The translations under genes and the position numbers were made by a program. From Elusimicrobiaceae bacterium (lineage in GTDB: Bacteria; Elusimicrobiota; Elusimicrobia; Elusimicrobiales; Elusimicrobiaceae), in NCBI GenBank assembly GCA_045593185.1, contig JAZNWD010000016.1, positions 21,781 through 85,780 of the forward strand: a stretch of 64,000 nucleotides of DNA, in the 5' to 3' direction. Below, piece after piece: positions 9,816 to 19,519 of the stretch (within the stretch, counting starts at the first letter, position 1; each line of letters opens with the position of its first letter). A model generated the notes under the pieces. It saw only the letters and a list, made by a program, of their open reading frames with translations. It did no database searches and was not told where the DNA came from.

Positions 9816-10880
9816 TTACAAAAACACGGACAGCGCTATAAAATATCCCCCCATAAGTACTAACCCGGTAGGCACCGCTATCCGGGCCCATTCCCGGCTT
9901 TTAATACCCAGCTTTTCGGCAGCCACAATATTGGGTAAATTCCCCTGCACTAACATACTGCCAAAAGCCGCCAGCCCTATTACCATATATACCAAATCTG
10001 TTGATGAAATAGTGGGAAGAATTTCTATGGCGGCCAAAGTAGCATTATCGATAATGACCGACACGGCATTGGCTAAAAATAATATCTTCCCTCCCAGGTG
10101 CGTAATGGTACTTTGCGCCAAGGGCCTAAGCCCCGTGCTAATTAAGGTCAAAGCGGCCACAAACATATAGATGTGCCAGGTGCGACGTAAAATAGAGGAG
10201 TAGGTTTCTTTATCTTCGCGGATTTGCATCTGCAGGGTGGTTCCTGCCTCACGCGCGCAATACCCGGCCGCAGCGGCCAAGGCACAAACCGCAGGCGCGA
10301 TCCACATAAAAAAATGACGCAGCAGGAAGAAAAAATCCGCATGGTGCGGCGGCCCGGACAATGCGTTGCTGATAACTAACCCCATCGGCTCGGCTAGGGG
10401 GGTCAGCACGGCCCCCAGGCCAATGGCGTAGCAAGCAAATACAGTAATTTTAACGGTGGTATCATGCCCCAAGTTAACTACTTTTAATACCTCAGCAAGT
10501 ACCAGGGCGGATACGGTTACACTCACCAAAGAGGACGTCATCCCCAACAGCAACACAAGCAGCGCAAAACTGTAGCGCGGTTCTAACGTGCGGAAAAACG
10601 CAAAAAGCACACGGAAAATATAACGGGAATAATTGTTGAAAATAATGCTTACTACAACTACAATAAAAGATACATATACCGGGGCCGCCAGCATTTTGCG
10701 GATGAGTTCAAAGCTCCAATTCCCGCTTACCGTTACTGCGCTGGCCCCAATGAGCAAGAGAAAAATTTCCAAATGGCTCTCTACCCAACGTACCGTTAGC
10801 GGCATTACCAAAAGGCATAACGCCACTACACTCAAGAGCAGGTTCATCCACAACGGGGTTTGGGCTACAACCGTTTCCAT
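9816..10880 (-). CDS. DUF1646 family / ion-transporter superfamily membrane protein
   Basis: About 10 TM helices; GAVLTPLAEP, DNATLAAIE, GSMLVQGNLPNI motifs. Confidence 0.75.
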   Translation of the reverse strand: METVVAQTPLWMNLLLSVVALCLLVMPLTVRWVESHLEIFLLLIGASAVTVSGNWSFELIRKMLAAPVYVSFIVVVVSIIFNNYSRYIFRVLFAFFRTLEPRYSFALLVLLLGMTSSLVSVTVSALVLAEVLKVVNLGHDTTVKITVFACYAIGLGAVLTPLAEPMGLVISNALSGPPHHADFFFLLRHFFMWIAPAVCALAAAAGYCAREAGTTLQMQIREDKETYSSILRRTWHIYMFVAALTLISTGLRPLAQSTITHLGGKILFLANAVSVIIDNATLAAIEILPTISSTDLVYMVIGLAAFGSMLVQGNLPNIVAAEKLGIKSREWARIAVPTGLVLMGGYFIALSVFL

Positions 10881-10975
10881 AGTTATATTTTAGCAAAATA
10901 GAGCTGTTGAGCCCAAGCCCCGTTTTTTAGTACAATGAGGTGTAAGTTATTTTTAAAAACTGAGGAGACCAACAC

Positions 10976-11611
10976 ATGAAGAAAGTATTATTTGTAGCGT
11001 TTGTGGCTGCCGTTACCTTGGCCTGGCCGACGAACGTAAGCGCGGCTGATGATTGCGGCTGCGACATGGCGGATGTAGTCTGTGTAAACCAATGCACCTT
11101 GAACAAAGTAACCGCATTTAAACAAAACATTCAAGCCAAACATCAAGACGCGGCCAAAAAAGTAAAAGCCGCGCAATCCAAAGCCCAAGCTAAAGCAAAA
11201 GCTGCCGCTGACGCCAGCGTAGCGGAAGATGCCAAAGCCATCGCCAAAGCCCAAGCCAAAGCCGCTAAAGAGCAAGCTAAAGAAGAAGCCGCAGCCAAAA
11301 AACAAGCCTTGAAAGACGAAGCTGCCGCTAAGAAACAAGCTTTGAAAGACGAAGCCGAGGCCAAAAAAGCCGCTGCTAAACAAGCTAAAGAAGATGCCAA
11401 AGCCCAAGTAGCCGCTCAAAAAGAAGCTGCCAAAGCGCAAGCCGAAGATGCCAAAGCCCAAGCCAAACAAGCCAAGGCCGACGCCAAAGCTCAAGCCGCC
11501 AAGGCCAAAGCGGACGCTAAAGCCCAAAAAGAAGAAGCCAAAAAAGCCGCTAAAGATGCAAAAGCCGCTTTGAAAGCCGAAAAAGAAGCTTGGAAAAACT
11601 TAGCCAAATAA
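10976..11611 (+). CDS. Exported Ala/Lys/Glu-rich coiled-coil protein
   Basis: Signal peptide, four-Cys cap, repeated EAAAKKQALKD / AKAQA units; GGAG RBS. Confidence 0.75.
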   Translation: MKKVLFVAFVAAVTLAWPTNVSAADDCGCDMADVVCVNQCTLNKVTAFKQNIQAKHQDAAKKVKAAQSKAQAKAKAAADASVAEDAKAIAKAQAKAAKEQAKEEAAAKKQALKDEAAAKKQALKDEAEAKKAAAKQAKEDAKAQVAAQKEAAKAQAEDAKAQAKQAKADAKAQAAKAKADAKAQKEEAKKAAKDAKAALKAEKEAWKNLAK

Positions 11612-11637
11612 GTTTGAATTAGCTTTTAGCTGTAGAA

Positions 11638-11665
11638 AACCGGGGTTCTTAAATGAACCCCGGTT
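11638..11665. terminator. Bidirectional intrinsic terminator
   Basis: AACCGGGGTTC-6-GAACCCCGGTT between convergent genes. Confidence 0.75.
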
Positions 11666-11686
11666 CTATTTTGACACCTATTAATT

Positions 11687-12178
11687 TTATAGCTTATATA
11701 CATTTTCCTGTCCGGTCACCAACTTTGCTCCTAATGCTTTGCATAATTTCTCCCCGCTGTCATTGTATCCTAGGCAATAACGGCCATTAGGTTTTTTACC
11801 TAATCCTCCCTCGTAATCAGGACCGGTGAAGTGAAGGGAATAATCAAAGGCAGAGTTCCGACGTACAGCATAGGGACTACTTTCCCCTCCATCATCCGTA
11901 TAATACGCAAACGTATCACTATAACAGTAATCATCTTCACAGTCCAAAGAGCCCGAAAACTCAATGTCGGAATTCCACCAACCGCAGCCATCCCCATCAC
12001 TTAAACGTTGCATTTCGCATAACAAACCGGCCTGTTGAAAATTTTTCAACAACATCAACGCTTCTGCCGAACGGCTCTTTTCCACAGCTAACTGATATTG
12101 CGGCAACGCCACCGCCGCCAAAATACCAATGATTAAGACAACTACTAATAGTTCTATTAATGTGAATCCGTTTTTCAT
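11687..12178 (-). CDS. Type IV pilin-like protein (prepilin methylation motif)
   Basis: MKNG|[24 protein letters not shown]; Cys pairs in globular domain. Confidence 0.9.
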   Translation of the reverse strand: MKNGFTLIELLVVVLIIGILAAVALPQYQLAVEKSRSAEALMLLKNFQQAGLLCEMQRLSDGDGCGWWNSDIEFSGSLDCEDDYCYSDTFAYYTDDGGESSPYAVRRNSAFDYSLHFTGPDYEGGLGKKPNGRYCLGYNDSGEKLCKALGAKLVTGQENVYKL

Positions 12179-12286
12179 AACTCCCTCCTATTTTGTGTCA
12201 CTTAATAGTATAGAGGAAAATCGCCCAAAAAACAAGGCCCATTTTAGACCTACCTTTAATTTTATCAAACACTTTTATAATGAAAA

Positions 12287-12311
12287 CCCGGGGCTGTGTA
12301 AAAGCCCCGGG
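12287..12311 (-). terminator. Intrinsic terminator
   Basis: CCCGGGGCT-7-AGCCCCGGG with T-tract on the minus strand. Confidence 0.7.
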
Positions 12312-12333
12312 CTGGTTAACATTAAAATAACGT

Positions 12334-12780
12334 TTATTTTACGCTGCGCATTTGCGCTTTCCATGCTTTGCGGGCGGCTTTCTGTTTCTTTTTGGCCGCG
12401 CCGGAAAGTAAATCTTCTACCCGGCGCGCTTTGACGGCGTCCAGGTTGGCCTGGTCGGCCTTGATTTTAGCTTCCCAATTATCTAAATTGGCACGTTCCT
12501 GTGCAATGCGGTTTTCCATATACACCATTTGTGCGTCTATGTGTTCCCCCACTACTTGGGACAACTGCGCTTTGATAGCCGGTTTTTCGGCCTCAGGTGC
12601 TTTTTTGTATTTTTTGATCAGCTGTTTGACCAATTTGCGCCGGGCTTTAAAGTTTTGTTTTTCTTGCGCCTGGGTTTGAGCCGTTGGCGTAGCCGTATTT
12701 GCCACCGAAACAGGCGCCGCCACACACGGCCATGCCAATGCCAACACTAACATCATGATTAAAATTCTTTTCATAAACAT
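12334..12780 (-). CDS. Hypothetical exported coiled-coil protein
   Basis: Signal peptide; Lys/Ala-rich helices; GGAGG RBS. Confidence 0.7.
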   Translation of the reverse strand: MFMKRILIMMLVLALAWPCVAAPVSVANTATPTAQTQAQEKQNFKARRKLVKQLIKKYKKAPEAEKPAIKAQLSQVVGEHIDAQMVYMENRIAQERANLDNWEAKIKADQANLDAVKARRVEDLLSGAAKKKQKAARKAWKAQMRSVK

Positions 12781-12784
12781 CCTC

Positions 12785-13513
12785 CTAATCTAAAGACGTA
12801 TCTTTTACGCCGGCTTCTTCAAATCCTTTTGCGCGCAATTTGCAAGAGTCGCACACGCCGCAAGGTTTATCCCCCCCGGCATAACAGCTCCACGTGAGTT
12901 CAAAAGGCACTTTTAAACTGGCCGCCAAACGCACAATATCCGCCTTGTTTAAGTGCATCAGCGGGGCTAGTACTTCTATCCCATCGCCCACGCCTTTTTG
13001 CGTGCCACGGTTGAGGGCCTGGGCGGCGGCTTGATAAAACGCGGGGGTACAATCCGGATAGCCCGAAAAATCCACCGCGTTGGGCCCGGCAATAATGGTG
13101 TCCGCCCCAATACTGTCAAGTAATGAACCGGCTAACGCCAAAAATAACAAGTTGCGTCCCGGCACGTACGTAGAAGGAATAGCATGACGCTCAATTTCTT
13201 CCACCCGGTGTACCGGTAACGGCTGCGCCGGATCCACCAACGAACTGGATACCAACCAAGGCAATTTTAGGTCTAAAAAATGAGTCTTTATCTGCAATTT
13301 TTCTGCAATTTTTTGCGCGGATTTAATTTCCCGCGCGTGCTTTTGGCCGTACGTAACCGTTAATGTTTCGCACGTATATCCGTTGGCCAATGCCCAATAC
13401 AAACAGGTGGTGGAATCCAACCCGCCCGAAAACAAAACAATCGCTTTTTTGTGGGCTTTGGGCTTATTTTGCACGGCAAAAGGCGCTGCTACTTCAATCT
13501 TGGGAGCGTTCAT
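12785..13513 (-). CDS. queC: 7-cyano-7-deazaguanine synthase
   Basis: SGGLDS, YVPGRNLLF, GYPDC, TWSCY..G..PCGVCDSC. Confidence 0.95.
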   Translation of the reverse strand: MNAPKIEVAAPFAVQNKPKAHKKAIVLFSGGLDSTTCLYWALANGYTCETLTVTYGQKHAREIKSAQKIAEKLQIKTHFLDLKLPWLVSSSLVDPAQPLPVHRVEEIERHAIPSTYVPGRNLLFLALAGSLLDSIGADTIIAGPNAVDFSGYPDCTPAFYQAAAQALNRGTQKGVGDGIEVLAPLMHLNKADIVRLAASLKVPFELTWSCYAGGDKPCGVCDSCKLRAKGFEEAGVKDTSLD

Positions 13514-13928
13514 TCAAAATACCCATTACATCAAAATCTTCCATGGCTTTGACATCTTTGTCGTTTACCGTATCCATGTACTTAATAGCGTAGATAATAA
13601 GTGTTACACGCGGATCTTGCGCACCGTCGCTTGCACTGTTATATTGGCCCAGCAAAATAGCGTCCGCCCCTTTCGAAGCCGCCACCTTTTTGCCACGTTC
13701 CACCCCCATTTTAAGCACTTCCGGGTCCGGCTTGAGGTTTTTGATACGCAAAAGGCCAATATTCCCATAAGGTTGGGTGATTTCCCGGGCGCTGGCTAAC
13801 ACTTCTACATCTTGCGGCTTAGTGGGCGAAAACTCCGGCCCAATAGCAATCCAATCCTGCGTGCTGGTATCTAACGTAGCACATCCCGCAAGCATACATA
13901 ATGCAAACAAAAGTCCTAATTTTTTCAT
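13494..13928 (-). CDS. Lipoprotein, hypothetical
   Basis: Lipobox LAGC; start moved to ATG 13928 after AGGAGG; GADAILL motif. Confidence 0.7.
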   Translation of the reverse strand: MKKLGLLFALCMLAGCATLDTSTQDWIAIGPEFSPTKPQDVEVLASAREITQPYGNIGLLRIKNLKPDPEVLKMGVERGKKVAASKGADAILLGQYNSASDGAQDPRVTLIIYAIKYMDTVNDKDVKAMEDFDVMGILNERSQD

Positions 13929-13936
13929 AATTCCTC

Positions 13937-14959
13937 CTATCGTTTTTGCGCGGCCAATTGCCCGCACGCGGCCAGGATATCGTTGCCCATACTCTTACGA
14001 ATGGTTACACCAATACCCATGGCTTTTAACCCGGCAGCAAAATCTTTAACTAACCGTTCATCGGTCTTTTCGCCCCGGCCCAAATTGCACGCAATTAAAT
14101 TTACATGCAACAGATAATTATCCTTGATACTATAAATCCAATCCGCCAATTTGCGGATATGTTCCGGGCGGCTGTTGATGTTTTCCAACACGGAATATTC
14201 CAGAAACACTTGCCGCCCCGTCATGGCAATATACTCTTCCAACGCTTTTCTGAGGTCTTCCAAATCAAATTTGCGGTTGACGGGCATCATTTTAGAGCGC
14301 TCGCTATTATCGGCATTGTGCAAGGAAACAGCCAAATTGGCCTGGGGCAAATCCACCGCCAGTTTGTGCAATTTATCGGCAATACCCGAGGTAGAAATGG
14401 AAATATGCCGCGCCCCGATATTGAGGTGATTTTCGCTGGAAAGTTCGCGCGCGGCCTTAATCACATTGAGGTAATTTAAAAGCGGCTCGCCCATGCCCAT
14501 AAACACTACGCTAGCAATACGTTCGCCTAATTTTTCTTGGTGCAGGTATTGAAACCAAAAAAGCACCTGGTCGGTAATTTCTTCGGTGGTTAGATCGCGC
14601 TTAAAGCCCATTTTTCCCGTGGAGCAAAATGAACAACGCAACGCACAGCCCACTTGGCTGGATACGCACACGCTCCAACTTTCCTGCGGTTTTAATAAAA
14701 CGGTTTCTATTTGAAGCCCGTCGTGCAAGGTAAGCAGGGCCTTGGCCACTTTGTCTTTTTTGGACACCACCACCTTGGCTACCTGAAAGCTTAAAATGGG
14801 GCAATCTTTGGCAAGCTGTGCGCGCAAATCCGCGGGCAGGTTAGTGGCCTGCTCCCAAGAGGAAATCCCTTTTTTAAACACGGCCTCTTGCACCTGTTTA
14901 ATGCGAAAGTTGGGCAGCCCGGCCTGCTTAATATACGCTTTGACGGTTTCAAAATTCAT
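13937..14959 (-). CDS. rlmN: 23S rRNA m2A2503 / tRNA methyltransferase (radical SAM)
   Basis: CVSSQVGC...CSFC, VFMGMGEPL, AACGQL. Confidence 0.95.
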   Translation of the reverse strand: MNFETVKAYIKQAGLPNFRIKQVQEAVFKKGISSWEQATNLPADLRAQLAKDCPILSFQVAKVVVSKKDKVAKALLTLHDGLQIETVLLKPQESWSVCVSSQVGCALRCSFCSTGKMGFKRDLTTEEITDQVLFWFQYLHQEKLGERIASVVFMGMGEPLLNYLNVIKAARELSSENHLNIGARHISISTSGIADKLHKLAVDLPQANLAVSLHNADNSERSKMMPVNRKFDLEDLRKALEEYIAMTGRQVFLEYSVLENINSRPEHIRKLADWIYSIKDNYLLHVNLIACNLGRGEKTDERLVKDFAAGLKAMGIGVTIRKSMGNDILAACGQLAAQKR

Positions 14960-15049
14960 ATACCTATTATATTATATTTGGCAAGGCAGTGGGCGTGCAC
15001 ACAAGCCCCGTTTCCAAAACTTGCCTTTTTTTAGTATAATATCCGCACA

Positions 15050-16537
15050 ATGAGTGAGAATATCAAATTTAGCACGGCCGGTTTCCGCGCCGTTACCGCA
15101 GACGGGCTTACTGCCCTGAATGTACAGCGTTTAGCTTACGGGATTTCCGAACATATTTTGGAGCATCCCTTCTATGGTTTTGAAGGAGAAGGATACAAAA
15201 AGCATTGCCAAGCCCAGGGCAAAAAAATGAAAAAACCGTTAGTAATTGTGGGCTTTGATACGCGCTTTTTGTCCAAACAGCTGGCTTATGTAGCCGCCAA
15301 TGCATTTGTACAAAACGGAATTTCCGTTAAAATAGCCGAATTGCCGCTGCCCACCCCGGTGGCGGAATGGAACGTGGTGAATGAATGTGCCGTGGGCGGC
15401 CTGGTAATTACCGGTAGCGAAGGGGAATATTTTGTAAACGGCGTTAAATGGATTGCCTACTACGGCGGCATTGCCAATAACGAAATCATGGCCGATATCG
15501 CCCAACGCATCCCCTCGCCCAATGCGCAAATTTTAAAAGCTTCCTCTACGGAATTTGGGGAACTCAACTCCGCCGTTGTGGTCAGTAAAGATTTCCGCAA
15601 AGCGTACCTGGCCCGCATGGCAAGTCTTATCAATACCCGCGCGCTCAAAACGGCCAAACTCAAAGTAGCGGTGGACCCGCTGTTTGGCTCGGCCAAGAAC
15701 TATTTCCGCGCGTTTTTGGAAAAATACGGCGTAACCGTGGAAGGGATTCACGAAGAGGATGACGTGCTTTTTGGCGGCAAAACACCCAACGCCGGCCCGG
15801 TCAGCTTGCAAGAATTATCTAAGCTAGTAACCAGCAAAAAAATGCACCTGGGCATTGCCTGCAACCCCGATTGTGATAAATTTGGCATCATTGACGCCGA
15901 GGGGAATTGGGTTTCCTCTAACGAAATTGCCCCCATGCTTTTGGACCATTTGGTGCGTAACAAAAAACAAAAGGGCCGCGTGTGCCGCAGTGTCATTACT
16001 TCCAACTTAGTGGACCAGGTAGCCAAGGCCCACGGGCTTATGCTGCGCGACACCCCGGTAGGATTTAAATATATTACCGAACTAATGACCAGCGGGCAAT
16101 ATGTAATGGGAATGGAAGAATCCGGCGGGATTGCCATTTCCAACCATATCCCGGATAAAGACGGGCTGCTGGCGTGTTTGCTCGTTATCGATATGCTGGC
16201 TACCGAGAAGAAAAATCTCAAGCAAATCAAAAAAGAGTTTTACAAAAAGTACAAACAGCTCTTTGATCAAAAAGTCAGCATCCCCAAAACCGAGACGGAA
16301 ATCAACCGCATTATGGAGCGTTTGGATATCAAGCCCCCGCTGAGCATTCATAAAATGTCCGTATGGCGCATTGATTCCACCGATGGTTTTAAATTTATTT
16401 TAAAAGGTGGCAGTTGGCTGGCGATACGCCCCTCCAGCACCGAACATCTTATCCGCTTGTATGCCGAAGCTACCGACGAAAAACTCCCGGCCGCGTTGAT
16501 TAAAGAAGGAAAGAAAATTATAGACAGCATTGTCTAG
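15050..16537 (+). CDS. Phosphoglucomutase/phosphomannomutase family protein (divergent active site)
   Basis: Overall PGM layout; EESGG...DKDG and RPSSTE motifs; TASHN reads TGSEG and DxDxD reads NPDCD. Confidence 0.8.
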   Translation: MSENIKFSTAGFRAVTADGLTALNVQRLAYGISEHILEHPFYGFEGEGYKKHCQAQGKKMKKPLVIVGFDTRFLSKQLAYVAANAFVQNGISVKIAELPLPTPVAEWNVVNECAVGGLVITGSEGEYFVNGVKWIAYYGGIANNEIMADIAQRIPSPNAQILKASSTEFGELNSAVVVSKDFRKAYLARMASLINTRALKTAKLKVAVDPLFGSAKNYFRAFLEKYGVTVEGIHEEDDVLFGGKTPNAGPVSLQELSKLVTSKKMHLGIACNPDCDKFGIIDAEGNWVSSNEIAPMLLDHLVRNKKQKGRVCRSVITSNLVDQVAKAHGLMLRDTPVGFKYITELMTSGQYVMGMEESGGIAISNHIPDKDGLLACLLVIDMLATEKKNLKQIKKEFYKKYKQLFDQKVSIPKTETEINRIMERLDIKPPLSIHKMSVWRIDSTDGFKFILKGGSWLAIRPSSTEHLIRLYAEATDEKLPAALIKEGKKIIDSIV

Positions 16538-16562
16538 GGCGCGCAAGCCGGGCAGGAGGTTT

Positions 16563-17831
16563 ATGGCACACATTACAAAAATTACCGCGCGCGAGATTTT
16601 GGACTCGCGCGGCTATCCCACCGTATCCGCAACGGTTTTTCTTTCAGACGGCTCCTGCGCAAGCGCCGCCGTACCCAGCGGAGCTTCTACCGGTTCACAC
16701 GAGGCGTTGGAATTGCGCGACGGGGGCACCCGTTATAACGGAAAGGGAGTGCTAAAAGCTGTAGCAAACGTAGAAAGCTTAAGCCCGCTTTTAGCCGGTA
16801 TGGACGCCATGGACGTGCGCACCATTGACCAAAAGATGCTTGCGGCCGATGGCACGGAAAATAAAACCCGCTTGGGGGCCAACGCCACGCTAGCTGTTTC
16901 AATGGCCGTTTTGCGCGCCGGAAGTGTAAGCACCAAAACCCCGCTATACCAACATTTGCGCCAAGTTTATGCCCTGCCGGATTCAACCTATATTTTACCC
17001 ACTCCCATGCTCAATATCATTAACGGCGGCAAGCATGCCGATTCGGGGCTGGATATTCAAGAATTTATGATCGTTCCCGCGCAAAAACCGTCCTTTAAAG
17101 AAGCCCTGCGCGCCGCCAGCGAAACGTATCATTCCCTGCGCAATCTGTTAAAGCAACAAGGGCAGGTAATCGCGGTGGGAGATGAAGGCGGGTTTGCCCC
17201 CAAAATTGCCAAACATGAAGATGTATTAAAAACCATTTTGCAAGCAGCCAAACACGCCGGTCACAGCGACATGGCCCTGGCTATGGACTGCGCCGCCAGC
17301 GAATTTTATAAGGACGGAAAATATCACTTTGAAGGTAAAAATTTATCCTCTCAAGAAATTTCCGACATTTACGCCAAATGGTGCCAAATGTATCCGATCC
17401 TTTCTATTGAAGACCCCCTGCACGAAGACGATTGGTCCGGCTGGGAACATATTACGCAATCCTTGGGGGCCAAAATCCGTTTAGTAGGGGATGATTTGTT
17501 TGTTACCAACCCCAAACGCCTGCAACGGGGGATTGAACACCACGCCGCCAACGCTATTTTGATTAAAGTAAACCAAATCGGCACGGTAAGCGAAACGATA
17601 GAGGTAATGAATTTAGCCAAGCAACACGGTTATACGTGTATTGTTTCGCACCGCTCCGGCGAAACGGAAGACACTTTTATTGCGGACTTAGCCGTGGCCA
17701 CCAACGCAGGGGCCATTAAAACCGGGGCCCCGGCCCGCGCAGAACGCACTGCTAAATACAACCGTCTGTTACAAATTGAAGCTCAATTGGGAGAAAAGGC
17801 CCTCTACGCGCAAGACCGTGCCTTTAAGTAA
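16563..17831 (+). CDS. eno: Enolase
   Basis: REILDSRGYPTV, VPSGASTG, GDEGGF, SHRSGETED; start moved to ATG 16563. Confidence 0.97.
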   Translation: MAHITKITAREILDSRGYPTVSATVFLSDGSCASAAVPSGASTGSHEALELRDGGTRYNGKGVLKAVANVESLSPLLAGMDAMDVRTIDQKMLAADGTENKTRLGANATLAVSMAVLRAGSVSTKTPLYQHLRQVYALPDSTYILPTPMLNIINGGKHADSGLDIQEFMIVPAQKPSFKEALRAASETYHSLRNLLKQQGQVIAVGDEGGFAPKIAKHEDVLKTILQAAKHAGHSDMALAMDCAASEFYKDGKYHFEGKNLSSQEISDIYAKWCQMYPILSIEDPLHEDDWSGWEHITQSLGAKIRLVGDDLFVTNPKRLQRGIEHHAANAILIKVNQIGTVSETIEVMNLAKQHGYTCIVSHRSGETEDTFIADLAVATNAGAIKTGAPARAERTAKYNRLLQIEAQLGEKALYAQDRAFK

Positions 17832-17836
17832 TAAAT

Positions 17837-18133
17837 ATGTTTAAAAAATTATCCGCCAAACAAAAAGTATTGTTTACATTCGTCGCTGCGGTGGCATTGG
17901 TAGGGCTTTTGCTGGGCGGAAGTATTTTCAATTTAATACACAATAAATTGGAATTACGCCGCCTGACCAAACGGCGTGAATATTTGGACACACAATACCA
18001 GCAACTCCTGGCTGAGAAAAAACTCCTGCAAGAGCAGGACCCGGCCTATATGGAATTATTGGCCCGCACACGTTTCCACATGGTGAAACCCGGCGAAATT
18101 GAATTTAGGTTTTCAAACGATGATAAACATTGA
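17837..18133 (+). CDS. Septum formation initiator FtsB/DivIC family
   Basis: TM plus coiled coil, ELLAR...MVKPGE; position after eno is typical. Confidence 0.8.
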   Translation: MFKKLSAKQKVLFTFVAAVALVGLLLGGSIFNLIHNKLELRRLTKRREYLDTQYQQLLAEKKLLQEQDPAYMELLARTRFHMVKPGEIEFRFSNDDKH

Positions 18134-18728
18134 TGTTCTTAATTTAGGCCCTATGGATAATTGCACCTACCTGGTAACACAGGGGGCAGATGCGCTGCTC
18201 ATTGACCCCGCGTGGGATCCGCAATTTATCATTCACACGCTGGAGCAAAAACAATTACACCTTTGGGCTGTTCTTTTTACCCACGGCCATTTTGACCACG
18301 TCAAATTTTCGCAAACTCTGCTAAAACACTTTGGCGTAAAAGCATATTTAGAAGAAAGTGATGTCCCGTTAGCCGGCATTCCCCCTGAACTATTACACAC
18401 ATACCGCGGGGATCAACAGACTAAAATTGGTCCGTTTAAGGTAAAAATTCTAACTACCCCCGGCCACACGGCGGGCGGCGTATGTATTTTGATAGAGGAC
18501 GCTTTGTTTACGGGAGACACCTTATTCCCCGGTGCGTGCGGACGAGTAGATTTACCCTCTTCCAACCCGCGCGATATGTTGGCCAGTTTGCGCCGCATTG
18601 CCGCCTTGCCCGAAGATACCCGCATCTTTGCCGGGCACAGCTACGGCGGGCGTTGCAGCTCTACCGTGGCGGACGAAAAATTACATAACCCCTACATGCG
18701 CAACGCACTGCGCTGGGAGGAAAAATAA
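18120..18728 (+). CDS. MBL-fold metallo-hydrolase (glyoxalase II-like)
   Basis: THGHFDH, TPGHT, FTGDTLF; start moved to ATG 18120. Confidence 0.85.
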   Translation: MINIDVLNLGPMDNCTYLVTQGADALLIDPAWDPQFIIHTLEQKQLHLWAVLFTHGHFDHVKFSQTLLKHFGVKAYLEESDVPLAGIPPELLHTYRGDQQTKIGPFKVKILTTPGHTAGGVCILIEDALFTGDTLFPGACGRVDLPSSNPRDMLASLRRIAALPEDTRIFAGHSYGGRCSSTVADEKLHNPYMRNALRWEEK

Positions 18729-19519
18729 TGCATCCTGTTTTACTGCACATTGGTAATTTTGAACTGGCCAGCTACGGGTTGATGACCGCACTGGGATATA
18801 TTGCCGCAACCAGTTATTTGCTCCCCCGCTTAAAAACGTGCGGGATTAAGGGACTCACCAAAGATATTTTTTGGAATTTAATTTTTATCACATTTGTGGG
18901 GGCAATTGTAGGCGGCAAACTCCTTTTTATTATGGTTTCCTGGTCACAATTAGGCCCCACGTTCGCTGAAAAAATATCTTACATTGTGCACAATTTACGC
19001 TATGGGTTTGTGTTCTTTGGCGGGATGTTGGTGGCAGTAGGTGCGCTCATAGCATATATCCGCTATAAAAATTTACCTCTTTTAAAAACAGCGGACTTTT
19101 TGATAGTCGGCCTGCCTTTAGGGCATGCCCTGGGACGCATTGGTTGTTTTTTGGCAGGATGCTGCTACGGCAAACCGACCACGTTGCCGTGGGGCGTTAC
19201 GTTTACCGATCCGCACGCTTTGGTGGCGCCGGAACTAATCGGCGTGCCGCTACACCCTACCCAACTCTACGAGTCCGCCCTCAACTTTGCCTTATTTTTG
19301 CTGCTACATTATGCTTCTAAAAAACCGCACAAAGACGGTAAAATTTTAGTGGAATATGTATGGTGCTATGCGCTGTTGCGATTTGTAGTGGAATTTTTCC
19401 GTGGCGATTTTAGAGGCGGATTTTTGCTGGGGTTATCGCCCTCGCAAGTGATTTCACTGCTCATAGCCGGTGCAGCATTTTATGTGTGGGCACGTTATTT
19501 AAGGGGCACGCATGAGTAA
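18728..19519 (+). CDS. lgt: Prolipoprotein diacylglyceryl transferase
   Basis: MHP start, GRIGCFLAGCCYG, HPTQLYE, RFVVEFFR. Confidence 0.95.
   Translation: MHPVLLHIGNFELASYGLMTALGYIAATSYLLPRLKTCGIKGLTKDIFWNLIFITFVGAIVGGKLLFIMVSWSQLGPTFAEKISYIVHNLRYGFVFFGGMLVAVGALIAYIRYKNLPLLKTADFLIVGLPLGHALGRIGCFLAGCCYGKPTTLPWGVTFTDPHALVAPELIGVPLHPTQLYESALNFALFLLLHYASKKPHKDGKILVEYVWCYALLRFVVEFFRGDFRGGFLLGLSPSQVISLLIAGAAFYVWARYLRGTHE

Noticed and set aside
10988-11527. 179-aa Phe/Gly-rich ORF on the - strand
   Set aside because: Antisense shadow of the Ala/Lys-rich gene; composition follows from its codons
12785-13513. queC as part of a 7-deazaguanine DNA-modification or QatABCD defence cluster
   Set aside because: Ordinary QueC length and motifs among housekeeping genes; no dpd or qat neighbours
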